DNA of 64,000 bases from Callorhinchus milii (taxonomy: Eukaryota): contig NW_024704743.1 of the NCBI RefSeq assembly GCF_018977255.1, positions 68,326,001-68,390,000 of the forward strand, written 5' to 3'. Shown one piece after another: positions 52,126-64,000 of the stretch. The position numbers were made by a program, and so were the translations under genes. The notes beneath the pieces were generated by a model. The model had not been told where the DNA came from, did no database searches, and was given only the letters and a program-made list of their open reading frames with translations. The stretch's first letter is position 1. Each line of letters begins with the position of its first letter.

Positions 52126-52895
52126 TGGGGGTGAGTCAGAAGAATCCCTTCTCCCAATGACTGATCTGCCCTTCCAGGTCCTGCCAATGAGCCAGAAAGG
52201 CTGGTCTGTTATCAGGATGCTCAATTATCCACCAGTTTTAATTATCTCCAGTGGGTAGAAGCATTCCCTTTATGGGGGCTAAATGAATTTCCATAATATG
52301 ATAAATAATTATTTAAAACAAAATATATTTGCTGTCTAATTCCGTTTGTAATGTATTGTATATATGTGACAAGGAATTCAGATTTAAACTGTATAAGGTA
52401 AAGTACTCTTTGGAAAGATTACTGATGCCACCTACAGAAAGATTTTTTCTTTTTCTCTTTGTCATGTAAATAAGCTCTCAAACTAGCAACAAAAGAATAC
52501 TCTTTATTCACTCCACAAATTATTTGCAACCATGAGACTGTTTGGCTCATGTAGCTTTATACTTCCACGTGAGTCTGTGGAGACTTTTATCTCTGTGACA
52601 CACAAATAATTTGTTCCCTTTTGTTTCTTACAGTCGTAGATTTTGGAACATCTGAGCAACTTTTCATCAATGCAGTCATTTTCATTTGTGAAAAGTGATT
52701 TTCAGTCACTCAAAACTGTTCTGGCAGTCAGTTTTGCACCTGATGCAAAGCTGAAACTTTGAAGATTGACATTAATGATTTACATAGATTGTACAGCACA
52801 GAAACAGGCCATTTAGCCCAACTAGTCTGTGCTGGTGCTTATACTCCAGGTGAGTCTCATTCACTCCTTACTCCCTCCCGTACCTTTGTAGATAT

Positions 52896-53188
52896 TGTTG
52901 CCCCGAGCAGGTAGATATAGACGCACACCGGGATTCTCTCAGGACGAGGAAAACTCGGAACAGCAATACAACAACCATTGAGGAGTGCAGGCACCTGGGC
53001 TCATGGGTAGGGCCTGCCTCCCCTCTTGTAGACCAGAGCGCTTGCAATGCCCCTGTTCTAGTCATTAACCTACCTCAGCCAAGCCATGTAGCCTGTGCCT
53101 CGTGCTCCTTGGTCCTGGGTCAGACCTGGGTCTCCATCCTTTCCAGCCCAACCTAGCCTTCCTGATTGAGGTCCTCGTGTCTGCTACA
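52896..53188. mobile_element. Probable solo LTR, 293 bp
   Basis: TGTTGC...GCTACA termini flanked by ATAT on both sides (52892-52895, 53189-53192); GC-richer than its flanks. Confidence 0.5.
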
Positions 53189-55364
53189 ATATGTTAATCT
53201 CTGGTACTGGTTTGAAAGACAATTGAATAGAAATTCCACCTGGGTCTAGATTTACTCTATTAATGTAGGATTTCTGAGTGTGCACATTTTGGCATATTGT
53301 TAATATTTTGCAAAAATTCAATTGTTTTAATGAGTTTTATTTTAGAAACTTAAAAGAATTTACAGAAACCCGGATTCAAAATGAAGGCTGTATGTATTTA
53401 ACAAATTGTGGACAGTTTGAAATACTACGTTAATGGAGCAAATCTGTACCCAGATGAAATTTATGATGGTCAAATGCTTTGGGGCGTCCTCCTGATGTAA
53501 GAGGCGCTATATAGATGTAAATTGATTGTAAAATTGTATTATAAATTTCTACCTTAAAGAGATAAGTCTGAGATATATGCCAGCAGAACTTGATTGTAGT
53601 TTTCATTCATCTAAAATCATAATAAGTATTTGAAAATAATTGATGCAAAAGAATAAAAGCGGGCATGTAAAACTTAGGGAATAGTATAGTAGTATATGGC
53701 TCCAGTGGAGAAGCTGGTATTTGTTTAAGCTCAAAGAGCCGTATAGGTTTCAGTGCTTTGATTCCTAAGCTTCAGTGCTTTATTTGCTCTGTTGACAGAT
53801 TGCATAGTTTTGGCCGTTTATTTTACTTCTTCACATCTGGCGGAGGATCAAATTTAACAACAAGGTAAAATTTAGCATTTTAGAAACTGTTAACGTTTTC
53901 TTGAGAGATCAATAAACAGACTGTATTTATCACTCTAAGGTCCAGTAAGAAGGAAAGGGTGCAGTCTGAAGTGACAAAGATGATGCACATACAATTTATA
54001 ATTACCTGCAAGTGAGACTTGATGTCTGATTAGTACTGTTCATGAAACATCAGTATAAAGAGCCGAAGACACTAAGTGGCATATAGGCAGTCGTATAAAA
54101 TTAAAGTCCGCACAATTCAGTTGATTGTTGTAATAAAATTAGAAAACTGATAAGGATTTCTGATTTTTATCTCCTCCACTCCTAGGCTGTAGAAGAGCAG
54201 ATAAAGATTTGGCCAAGTAAACAAATTCTGCTCGCTAATTATAATTATAATTGTTTCTAATCTTTTGTTCCATGGTATGAATAAATACACTAGTCAGTGC
54301 ATTAAGTCTGGTGCAGAAACAATTCAACATCAGTGCTCCTTTCATTATTCCACTACTGTTGAAAAATATCTTGAATTCAATCATAAATGCTGAGGAAATC
54401 GTTGGAATTACTTACATGCGGGAATTACTGAGTTCAATAGCATTAATATCAGACTATAGTAAAACAGTGAAACGATGCAAAGGTTATTGTAAACTAAGCG
54501 GTCATTAATTTACTGTTGGACTTTGGTTATGCGTCCAATTCACTAACCCATCAGGACTCATTATTTATAAATTTGGGAAAAATGTAGTAAAATTAATGCA
54601 TAATGCACTGTTGTTAAAAAACATATTAAATTATACAGTGAACCTCAATTTTTCAAGTCGAAAAGATGTAGGGGCATTTACCTACCCAGAAGTACTGGTA
54701 ACAACAATTTATTTCCATACAGTAAATAGTAGTCTAAGAATTAAATTTCAGTCGGGCAGTATTTGCACTGGTTCATAAATTCTGCCATAGATCGAACATG
54801 GCACTAAATCTTGCACGCCAGTAGAGTAAAAACATTAATTTAGCAAATTGTTGGAGGAGGAGGGACAGAACTGTTAGATGAAATTTCCAAATAGTTATAT
54901 GGCACACTACACAGCAATAATAAATCATACTTGAACCAATCTTTAATATATGCCAACAGAATAAAAGTAATTTGGTTGAGATTGTTTAATATCTGTCAGA
55001 ATTAAATTTGCATACCACAGTGATGCGCACAAAAGCACAGTATTATACCCCAATACTGATGATGTTGTCTAGCTGTTGCCTAAAGCAAAGTATACAAGCC
55101 CCCTTTGAAGCATTTATATTGGTGCATTGCTCTCAAATTTAGACGCATGAAAGTGCAATACCTACATGGAGGAAATTATTTTTACATAGGATGTAGACTA
55201 CAAGTCAAAACACTTTCCACACAAATAGATTGTGCATATTTCCCACCATTATGTGTGGCTATTCATTTCAGAGGGTGAGTAGCCAACATACTGAAAGGTT
55301 CAACAGCAACAACTTGCATTTATTTAGCACCCCTCACACAGAGTAGTGTCCCTGGGTGCTTTCC

Positions 55365-55865
55365 AGGCTTCGGGACCACATCACTCCCACCCTCGCTCGC
55401 CTCCACTGGCTCCCCATCCCCTAGAGGATTGATTTCAAGATCCTGATCCTCACTTACAAGGCCATTCAGGGCCCTGCTCCCTCTTACCTCTCCGACCTAC
55501 TATCCCCCTACCTACCTGCCCGTACCCTCCGTTCCTCTGGCTCCGGGCTGCTCCACATCCCCCGCCCCAACCGCCCTACCATCGGTGGCCAGGCCTTCAG
55601 CCTCTCAGCCCCTAGGCTTTGGAACTCTATCCCCCAGTGCCTTCGCCGCCTCCTCCCTTTCCTCCTTCAAGGCCGGTCTCAAGACCTTTCTCTTTGACCG
55701 TGCCTTCAGCTCCCCTCTCGACTCTCTACCCCGTCCTCGCTCCCTCCCCTCACCCTGACCATTTCTCCCCTGCTCGGGTCCTGACCCAACTGTACAGCGC
55801 CTTGGGACGTCCTCCTGACGTGAAAGGCGCTCTATAAATGGAATCTTGTTGTTGTTGTTGTTGTT
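55365..55865 (+). mobile_element. Young L2 3' fragment
   Basis: Near-identical to the reverse complement of 6129-6710; (TTG)n tail. Confidence 0.92.
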
Positions 55866-56794
55866 CTGGGATGCTACCCTTTGTTAACCCAACATTTTGG
55901 AATTCCTGAACACATTCTGTTCATTAGTCTGGTTCAAATAAGCCTGAAGATTTCAGTATTGCTTCAGTTTGCAAGTTCAGAAGGTGGCATCTCCAGACTT
56001 ATCCAGAGGGTACTACCCTCGCTCAGATCCTGTTAGATCAACATCCCCTGAATGTGTAATTCTTTACCTAGAGTGTAATTAACAACTTGTCACGAAGGGT
56101 GATTGAGGCCAGGACCCTCATCTCATTTGAAATGCTGCTCAATGCTGTGATGGGAGGATGGTGTGTGTATGTGTGTGTGTGGTAGGAGAGGGGGCGAGTA
56201 GGATTCAATCCAAGTGTACATTTCTATATGTAAATGAGATGGGATGAGATCAGGGCTGAAGGGCCTTCTTCATCCAAACCAATCTTACGAATGCACTTGG
56301 AAGACCTTTTTATGGTAATCAAAAATGATCCTCATTAAGCTATAATCTGAGATATAGGCGCACAGGTCTTTTCATCCACCTATTTTTTCAGGGCAGGAGG
56401 ATAATACAAAGAACACGTCCACACTATTCTTATGGAATAGTTCCTGAATAAGAAATGGAATGTATTTAGAAATACTGCCATTTTAACCCTATTATACAAA
56501 ATGAGATTGATCAACTGACATGGGAGGGGGATGTGCCTGGGAATAATATTATTAACACAGAAGTTAGAAAAATTAAGTTTATTTTAGAAAACTATCACAG
56601 ATAAATCAAATATTACCTGGGGCTGCAAAACCAAATTATAAATAACTGTCAGGATTCCCAGGAAAATGTAGGGTGGTGATGTGTGTCTGAGTTGTGGGAA
56701 GTAGGATGGTGGCAATACTCTCACACATTTCATTCTGAGCTTTGCTGCTTACCAGGTAGCTCACAGGAAACAATTTCTTGTTTGTTATTGTTGT

Positions 56795-57027
56795 TTCAGC
56801 TACTCCAGCAGTACCCCAACACACACATTCTGTGGTCCCCAAGTCTTGTGTCTTGCCAACCTGCGCCTAATACACTCCAGAATTAGGTAAGCAGAATATG
56901 TCCTTCCAGGGAGAGAGTGCAAATTCCATTCCAGATTCAGGGACATTTCTAAGTACATTTGTGGAACACTCAATCTGGTTTAAGTACTCTTAAGCAATGT
57001 GATGGGTTTCCACGTGTGTGGCTGACC
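56795..57027. mobile_element. Unclassified hairpin-rich dispersed repeat, copy D (partial)
   Basis: ccccaagtcttgtgtcttgccaacctgcgcctaatacactccagaattaggtaagcag...gatgggtttccacgtgtgtggctgacc. Confidence 0.75.
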
Positions 57028-57714
57028 AATAAAAACTCCCCATAGAATCACAGAAATCTGCAGTTTAGGCCATTCGGCCTATCATGTCTGTGTTGGATCT
57101 TTGAAAGAGCAATGCATTCAGTCTCATTTATCTGCTTTTTCCCAACTCCCATTCATTAGTGTTTTTTAGATGTGACAGTGTTAGATTTCAGAATGTTGTT
57201 TTGAAATGTAAGATTGGGCAGAATTTAGGCTACTTCAACTTTTTTTAAGAACTGCAACAAAAGGCTACATTTAGGAATTTCCAAACTTCTTCACAATCTT
57301 TAATTTTAGACAAATGTTAATCATATAATGTATAGTTTTCTGGCAGTAGTTTACTGTGACAATTTATTTTACTGTGATAATCTCAGTTTCATTAATCTTC
57401 AGATTAGAAAAAAATGTTTAAATCATAAACATTATCATTGCACAGATCTTTGTCACATCAAGATCTCACTGCCAATCGATTCCAACCATTTTGCAGCTGA
57501 CGTCCCATAGTTTCTTCGCTGTTTCCTCATTGGACGCAGCTCTTGAACAGTCTACTTGGGCACAATCGCTGTGTGCAAAACAATATGGAAAGAGTAAAAC
57601 AACAGAAATCTTACAATACGGCATTTAAACCGAGGCTCTGTGTGCCTGCTCACGCCAACATGAAAGACCCCATGGCACTATTCAAAAACAGAAAGGAGAT
57701 TCTTCTGGTGTCCT

Positions 57715-58030
57715 GGAGCCCTGTAGCTCAGTGGTTAGAGCACTCGCCTTGCAAGCGAGACACCTGGGTTCAATTCCAGGCAGGGCGAAACCTTGGGCAA
57801 GTCTCCTTACTCCACACGCCTAATAATAATCCCTCCAAAACAAACAAAAAAAAATTGGTCACTTTCAATCCACAACTGTTTGTGGAACACTGCTGTGCGC
57901 AATTGGCTGCCGCATTTCGCCCACAAATATACGGTCAATTCACTTTACAGTCTATTCTGTGAAGCACTTTGAGACGTCGAGAAGACATGAAAGGCGCTAT
58001 ATCAAATGTAAGTATTATTATTATTATTAT
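57715..58030 (+). mobile_element. tRNA-Ala-headed SINE, short variant, inserted in an old DeuSINE-type SINE (57620-58205)
   Basis: Host Deu core ttaaaccgaggc...cccatggcactattc...ctggtgtcctgg stops at 57716 and resumes after the (ATT)n tail. Confidence 0.9.
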
Positions 58031-58902
58031 AAATAATTCCACAAATAAAATTTGGAACTCACTTCATGACTGTCTGTGGAACATATGCACAAATTGGCTG
58101 CCACGTTTGCCTCCAAAATACATAATACTTTACAATGTATCCTGAGAAGCACTTTGAGTTGTCCTCCTGACACGAAAGACACTATACCAAATGTAAGGAC
58201 CATTATTTTATTCATTTACTAGTCTCACTCCATTCCAGTAAGCAGTAGTAATCTACATTTGGTGCCATCACCATGACAGAACTGTGAGGATTAGATATTT
58301 AGCACAAATAGAATTTACCCTGCCCAGTATTGATGGTTTCCCGAAAATGCATTGTGAAGACAGATCCCTTTTTAAATCCTTTCTTTCTCGGCATTAATCT
58401 ACGTTGCAAATGCTTTTGGTTGCATTTTTCCATTAACGTGTCTTCATATTCAACCTAAATGGAAATGCCATAATACCACAGCAGATGTGTGCAGCCATAA
58501 GGATATGTACATTATATATTAAACTGCATAATGTATTTAAGATCAATTGTGTTAAAACTAAATTTCAGTCAAATTTATGGGTCAAAGGTGATGGTGCTGA
58601 TGCAATTTTTGCTGGCCAATTTTTCAAGGAACCACGCACAATGCCTTCTGCCTGATGCCTTCTCCCTGGCCATGCATGTCTGCTTAGAAATGTGGCATCA
58701 CTGATGCTTCTTTGAGAAACCAAGTGAATTCAATCTACTCGCGCTTGATTCTCTGTCTGGCCAGAAGATACAGAGTGCTTCACCTCACTGAAGTCCAGGG
58801 TTTCCCTGCCCCAGAACAAATCAAACTGAGGCATTCTTGATGCTGGGGTTTCCTTCTGCCAAACAGGTCAATTACTTGAAGCCCTTTAGCCCAGTCCACC
58901 CA

Positions 58903-59245
58903 CAACAACAACAAGATTCCATTTATAAAGCGCCTTTCACGTCAGGAGGACGTCCCAAGGCGCTGCACAGTTGGGTCATGAGCCGAGCAGGGGGGAAATG
59001 GTCAGGGTGAGGGGAGGGAAGGGAGGGAGCGAGGAGGGGGGAAATGGTCAGGGTGAAGGGAGGGAAGGGAGGGAGCGAGGAGGGGGGAAATGGTCAGGGT
59101 GAGGGGAGGGAAGGGAGGGAGCGAGGAGGGGGAAGAGAGTCGAGAGGGGAGCTGAAGGCTCGGTCAAAGAGAAAGGTTTTGAGACCGGCCTTGAAGGAGG
59201 AAAGGGAGGAAGCAAGGCGAAGGCACTGGGGGATGGAGTTCCAGA
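58903..59245 (-). mobile_element. Young L2 3' fragment with three copies of a 46-bp G-rich unit
   Basis: Near-identical to 6129-6425; aaatgg anchors at 58996, 59042 and 59088. Confidence 0.92.
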
Positions 59246-59765
59246 GCGAGAAATATATGGTGGTGAAAGGCCTCAAGTACAAGTAGCATATAGACACTTT
59301 CAATATGAGGGAATTGTGGGGCCTGATGCAAGCTTGAAAGTTAGGCACTGATACCAAATAACCAACCGCTAGCCTGGCGTCTGCTGGATCAAATTGATTA
59401 AAGGCATCTTGAGCAAAGATGGAGATCAACAGAAGATAAAATATCAATAAACCTTTAAATGAAGCTTTCTATTTTCACCTCTGGGAAGGGAAACAATACA
59501 AAGTTAATTGGCAAAATCAAACCCCCAAATGCTGAACAAACATTATCTGGTCTGGGAAATAACAGAGCATTTCTGTTATACATCTGACAGGCAGATGGGG
59601 CCTCGGTTTAACTTGGCATCCGAAAGATGACAAAACAACAACAGCAGCAAGTTATATTTGTATAGCGCCTTTCACGTTGGGAGGACATCCCAAGGTGCTG
59701 GACAGTCAATCATTTGGACCTGAGCAGGGGCCAGGTGTTGTGGAGGGCAGGGAGAGTAGGGGTAG

Positions 59766-60540
59766 TGTTAGAATTTACACTTTTTGTATAATGTTAGAAT
59801 CATAATAGATGTTGCGAACGGGTTAACTTTTAAGTTAAGTGTGTTGTGGGCAGCTGGACTGAAACTCCCTACACGAACACGAGATAACGGACTGTCTCAA
59901 GGACAGTGTGTTTGTGTGTGTGAGGCACGTACACCCCATGAGGTGTTCACGTGAACCCAGCATGATTTCGACCAGATGATCTAATATCCACACCATGATT
60001 GGATGAACATTGGTATAAGAGTTCCGATAACTTTGTGTACGGGGCCGTCCCAGGTCGTGGAGACAAGGATACGGGAGATGGGGCCGTCCCGGGTCGCGGA
60101 GACAAGGATACGGGAGATGGAGCCGTCCCGGGTCGTGGAGACAAGGATACGGGAGATGGAGCCGTCCCGGGTCGCGGAGACAAGGATACGGGAGATGGAG
60201 CCGTCCCGGGTCGTGGAGACAAGGATACAGAGATGGAAGACTAAGAGCTGGAAACACTAAGACTGAGGATATCAGATGGAAGATTGAAAGCTGTCAGCAG
60301 GAAGACTGAAAGCATGAAGAATCAAGCTTGTGTGCTGGAAAGACACAGTGTTGAACTCTTGAACTCGAGATATCTATAGTGGTGTTATTCTGTTATAAGA
60401 TCTGTTGATTGTACCGGCCTTTGGTCTGACCCATCGGGATATTGGGGAATAACGAACGAATTATAATAAAACAGTCTGATATCTGGTTAGAGGAATTAGC
60501 GTAATTTCCTTGCAGATTTGGCTGATTTTATTTTCTAACA
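59766..60540 (+). mobile_element. Solo LTR (775 bp) inserted in an L2 fragment
   Basis: TGTTAGAA...TTCTAACA inverted termini; 4-bp target duplication GTAG (59762-59765, 60541-60544); TATAA 60014-60018; AATAAA 60465-60470; L2 sequence continues across the insertion. Confidence 0.9.
60037..60237. repeat. 39-bp tandem repeat, about 5 copies, inside the solo LTR
   Basis: tacgggagatggagccgtcccgggtcg(t/c)ggagacaagga. Confidence 0.95.
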
Positions 60541-61089
60541 GTAGGAAGGTGGCGGAAGGCACAGTCAAAGAGGAGAATCTTGAGACATGCCTTGAAGCAG
60601 GCAAGGGAGGGGGCAAGGTGAAGGGACTATGGTGGGAAGAATTGGGAAGGCCGACAAGCAGGGAGTCGGTATAGTCGAGCCTAGATGTAATAAATTTGTG
60701 GATGAGGGTTTTGGCAGCCTGAAGGGAGAGGCAGCAGCGGAGCCAGGCGATGCTGCGGAGGTGTGGGAAGTCAGAGCGGGTCATGGCACCTTTGACAATT
60801 CAGGATACCCCCAGCAATGCACTAGATTGTCAGCTTATGAGTCATGATATAGGGCTTGAACAACTCTGTGACTCAGAGGTGAGAATGCTACCAACTGAGC
60901 CAGACTGACACGGCTTTGGTCAACAACCTCCCCTTCCTACATGGTGGTCTTCATCCTATTGCAGAGTACCATGAGATGTTATCATATGTGTGAGGCACTA
61001 CATAAGTGCACATTGGTGTTGTAGTATCTCTGATAATATACCCCTGATGATGGCCTCAGTTCCTTGTTATATGAGAATTGCGAATAATT

Positions 61090-61263
61090 TGGTCACTCAA
61101 TCTACCACTGTTTGTGGGACACTGCTGTGCGCAATTGGCTGCCATGTTTCGCCCGCAAAATATACAGTCAATTCACTTTACAGTATATCCTGTAAAGCCC
61201 TTTGAGACATCTCGAAGACGTGATAAGGCGCTATATCAAATGCAAGGATTATTATTATTATTA
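61090..61263 (+). mobile_element. SINE 3' half (similar pieces at 41712-41862 and 50990-51085)
   Basis: tgtttgtgggacactgctgtgcgcaattggctgcc...atcaaatgcaaggattatta. Confidence 0.85.
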
Positions 61264-63724
61264 ATGTGGTTGTATAACACATTGCTAAGTACTCTTTTAA
61301 TTCTCATAATCTTTCAACCTTTATTTGACCAGATTTTTAAAGATTCTACAAGAAAGCCCAGCAACACAACAGGCTTTTGGTGCTGTAATGTACAGAAACT
61401 TGTGGGAGAAGACAGCACGAATGTTTCCCACAAGTCAAATTATTGACCTCTGCCCCTACTGCTGTAGTGAGATTTAGAGGAGAGACCATGGATTTTCCAA
61501 CAGCGAGGGTGGGCAGACAAGAAGGAAAGTCACCCTGGATCATTCTCAGTCACCATGTGGCCTGGTTTCTTAGCGAATATCGCTAAATGTCCTCGTGTAT
61601 GTCCTGGGAATACCAGTGAGAGGAGAAAGTGGAACATAAGCCCTTTTAAAACATGATTGTTACAAGGAAAGACTACATGATGAATAGCTGTGGGGTATGA
61701 TTTCTCTCTCATGGCTCTGACTCATGGAGCAACACTACTCATGAGACATCAGGTAATCCCATTCACAGGAACATAGACGAAAAATGACCTAAGTCCTTCT
61801 TGTTAGCTCTCTACCATCCTGGTAGTACTACAATAATGGAGATGTTAATAGCAATTAATTCTACATGGATTAGTCTACAATCTTAGATCCACTACACTTA
61901 ACTATATATCATGTCTCAAATTACTTATATACTCTACCCCATGGATACAAATTGCAGGCCATGGGTTTTCCATCCCATATCTTCTGTTTAGATTGTGTCA
62001 GTGGCAGACCCTTCACAATATTGCAGTGCTTACGAGAACACATTTTCAGCTGTAGAAAGTAAAACCAAATAGAAAAGGCCAAAACTAGGCAAAAATCTGG
62101 AGAATGATTTGATTCACATAAAAAAAATCTATATAACCCCCTCGCCAGTAAAATATGAACAAAGGATGATGCAACAGCTTAATAAAATGCCCTTTCATGA
62201 CTGAGGCCTGGTTTGAATCTATCCCAGATTGATGGAAGCAGGTCTCTCTCTATCTCTCTGTTGCCAGTAATTATATAATAGTAAGTGTGGGCATTCATAT
62301 CCCAGCACAAGCACTGCTATTAAATCTGACATGAAATGGCTGTGGTAATTCAGACAGGCCACAAGGATTAGTGTGATAGAAGGTACTCTTTGTTGGTGCT
62401 AAGGTAAAGTATTTTGACAATAGACGCCTAAAATGTTAAAGTGTTCATATGCTAGCTCTGGCACCTCTCTCCTTAATAGGGGCAAAAAGAAAAAAAAATG
62501 TATCTTAACTTCTTATGAAGGCTAATATAACTCATGCATTTGAAATTCACATTCAGTTGCCTTTAACCTGCAATTTTTAAATTACCAGAGCTTATTTTGA
62601 TAAACGTTTATTTCAAGCACCATTGGCCACATTAACAATGCCTTATGAATTATACATTTCAGATGTATAATATAACACTGGAGATTTTTGGTGAATGGCT
62701 GATAAGGTATTACAACCCTGAAATCGTTATTTGAAGAATTAATAATAATATTCTTTATATTTGATATAGTACCTTTTATATCAGGAGAATATCTAGTCCA
62801 AAGCACTTAGGATTTAATGTAAGGTAAGTGACTTTTGTGAGCAAAAGCGGCAGCTAGTTTATGGACAATGTAAATGTCCCACAAACAGCAACAACCTTGA
62901 ATAATGTTCATGATAAGAATAGGCTCAGCCACAATCAGAACATTTGTAACATTTTCCTGTTAGGACACACACAGAGAGCTATAATAGGGAAAAAAAATTG
63001 TTACAAGCAGATTAATGCCGCTTTCGGGGATATTGAATCCTGACTTGGTTATAACATGGCAACAGACAGTCAAGGATTTTATTTTTAAGGCAATAAAAAT
63101 CGATCAAAAGGTTCAGGTAAAGCTTGTTAGAGCTTTTCAGACAGCCGTGAGTCAGAAATTTGGCAGCAAATGTTGGTGAGTTTATACTCAGCTCTGAGGG
63201 GAGGACAATCCCATGTGAAGCCTGGCCAAGTTGAGCTATGGAACAAGGACTTAAATCTGCTCATCAACAAGAACACTCTGTACAGCAGGATTTTAATTCA
63301 GAATGTCCTGTTGCCATACTGGTGCATTCTTCATAATAGGAAGTTGCAAACAGCAACCTCTGGTTCAGACCCAGTTATGCATCATGCCGACCCAAGGGAA
63401 TGCCATTCTGACACATCCAGAAGTAAATAGCATGTGAGCCGAGTTCCCATGAGTTATAATGATAAATATAATAAAAATATTTATATTTAATATACTGCCT
63501 TTCATTTCAGGAGCATTTTCCAAAACGCTTCACAGAATTTACTGTAAAATGCAATGAATCTGAGTTTTGTGGGCAAATGAGGCAGCCAATTTGTTGCACA
63601 GCAATGCCCCACAAACAGCCATGAAGTGAGTGATCAATTTTTATTGTTGACTAGGAAACTAGGAAAAATTCCTTTTTCTTTTTGAATGTCAGTTCCCAGC
63701 CTGAATTTAAGACACTGCCCTGAG

Positions 63725-64000
63725 TGAACCGAGCTATATAAATGCAAGTTGTTGTTGTTGTTGATCATCCAGAACTCTGCAGCCCGTGTCCTCTCCCGCA
63801 CTAGGCTCTGCGACTTTATCACCCTCATCTTTGCCTGACTCCACTGGTTTCCCATCACATAGAGGATACAGTTCAAGATCCTGGTCCTCACCTTCAAATC
63901 CCTCCATGATCTTGCTCCCCCCTACCTCTCCGACCTACTAATCCCGTACCATCCTGTTCGCTCCCTCTGCTCAACGATCTCCGGCCTGCTTCACGTCCCC
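63725..64000 (+). mobile_element. L2 tail followed by an L2 ORF2 C-terminal fragment running off the window
   Basis: IIQNSAARVLSRTRL.DFITLIFA*LHWFPIT.RIQFKILVLTFKSLHDLAPPYLSDLL. Confidence 0.85.

Noticed and set aside
57716..57787. tRNA-Ala(TGC)-like cloverleaf (also at 15989, 31450-31518 and 6040-6111)
   Set aside because: Irregular T-arm, no G3:U70 pair, and always fused to the same SINE body and tail: these are SINE heads, not tRNA genes.
59835..60260. Repetitive ORFs on both strands within the LTR
   Set aside because: Products of the 39-bp tandem repeat; no gag, pol or env similarity.

Overview
Vertebrate genomic DNA, most likely a cartilaginous fish (inferred from the repeat content: shark-type CR1 tails, abundant L2, DeuSINE-type SINEs, a Penelope-type remnant). 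Two protein-coding genes are supported. One is the last coding exon of TPK1 (+ strand, 11275-11399). The other is a complete four-exon SEC61G (- strand, about 11470-17530) with canonical splice sites, a poly(A) signal and a CpG-island promoter. The two genes are tail-to-tail, their stop codons are about 240 bp apart, and their predicted 3' UTRs overlap. SEC61G exon 1 is flanked by two G-rich minisatellites in intron 1 and a 2.3 kb CTAG-rich 48-bp satellite upstream. The remaining ~44 kb shows no recognisable exon and is dense in mobile elements: three large CR1 fragments, many L2 3' ends, old DeuSINE-type SINEs, a younger tRNA-Ala-headed SINE, two solo LTRs and a Tigger-like MITE. The least explained signals are a ~350-bp hairpin-packed repeat in four copies with TTAA-CCC termini and a decayed RT fragment that is neither CR1 nor L2. 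Most ORFs in the supplied track are repeat-derived or spurious. Repeat boundaries were read by eye and are approximate; family names come from recalled consensus features, not from a search.
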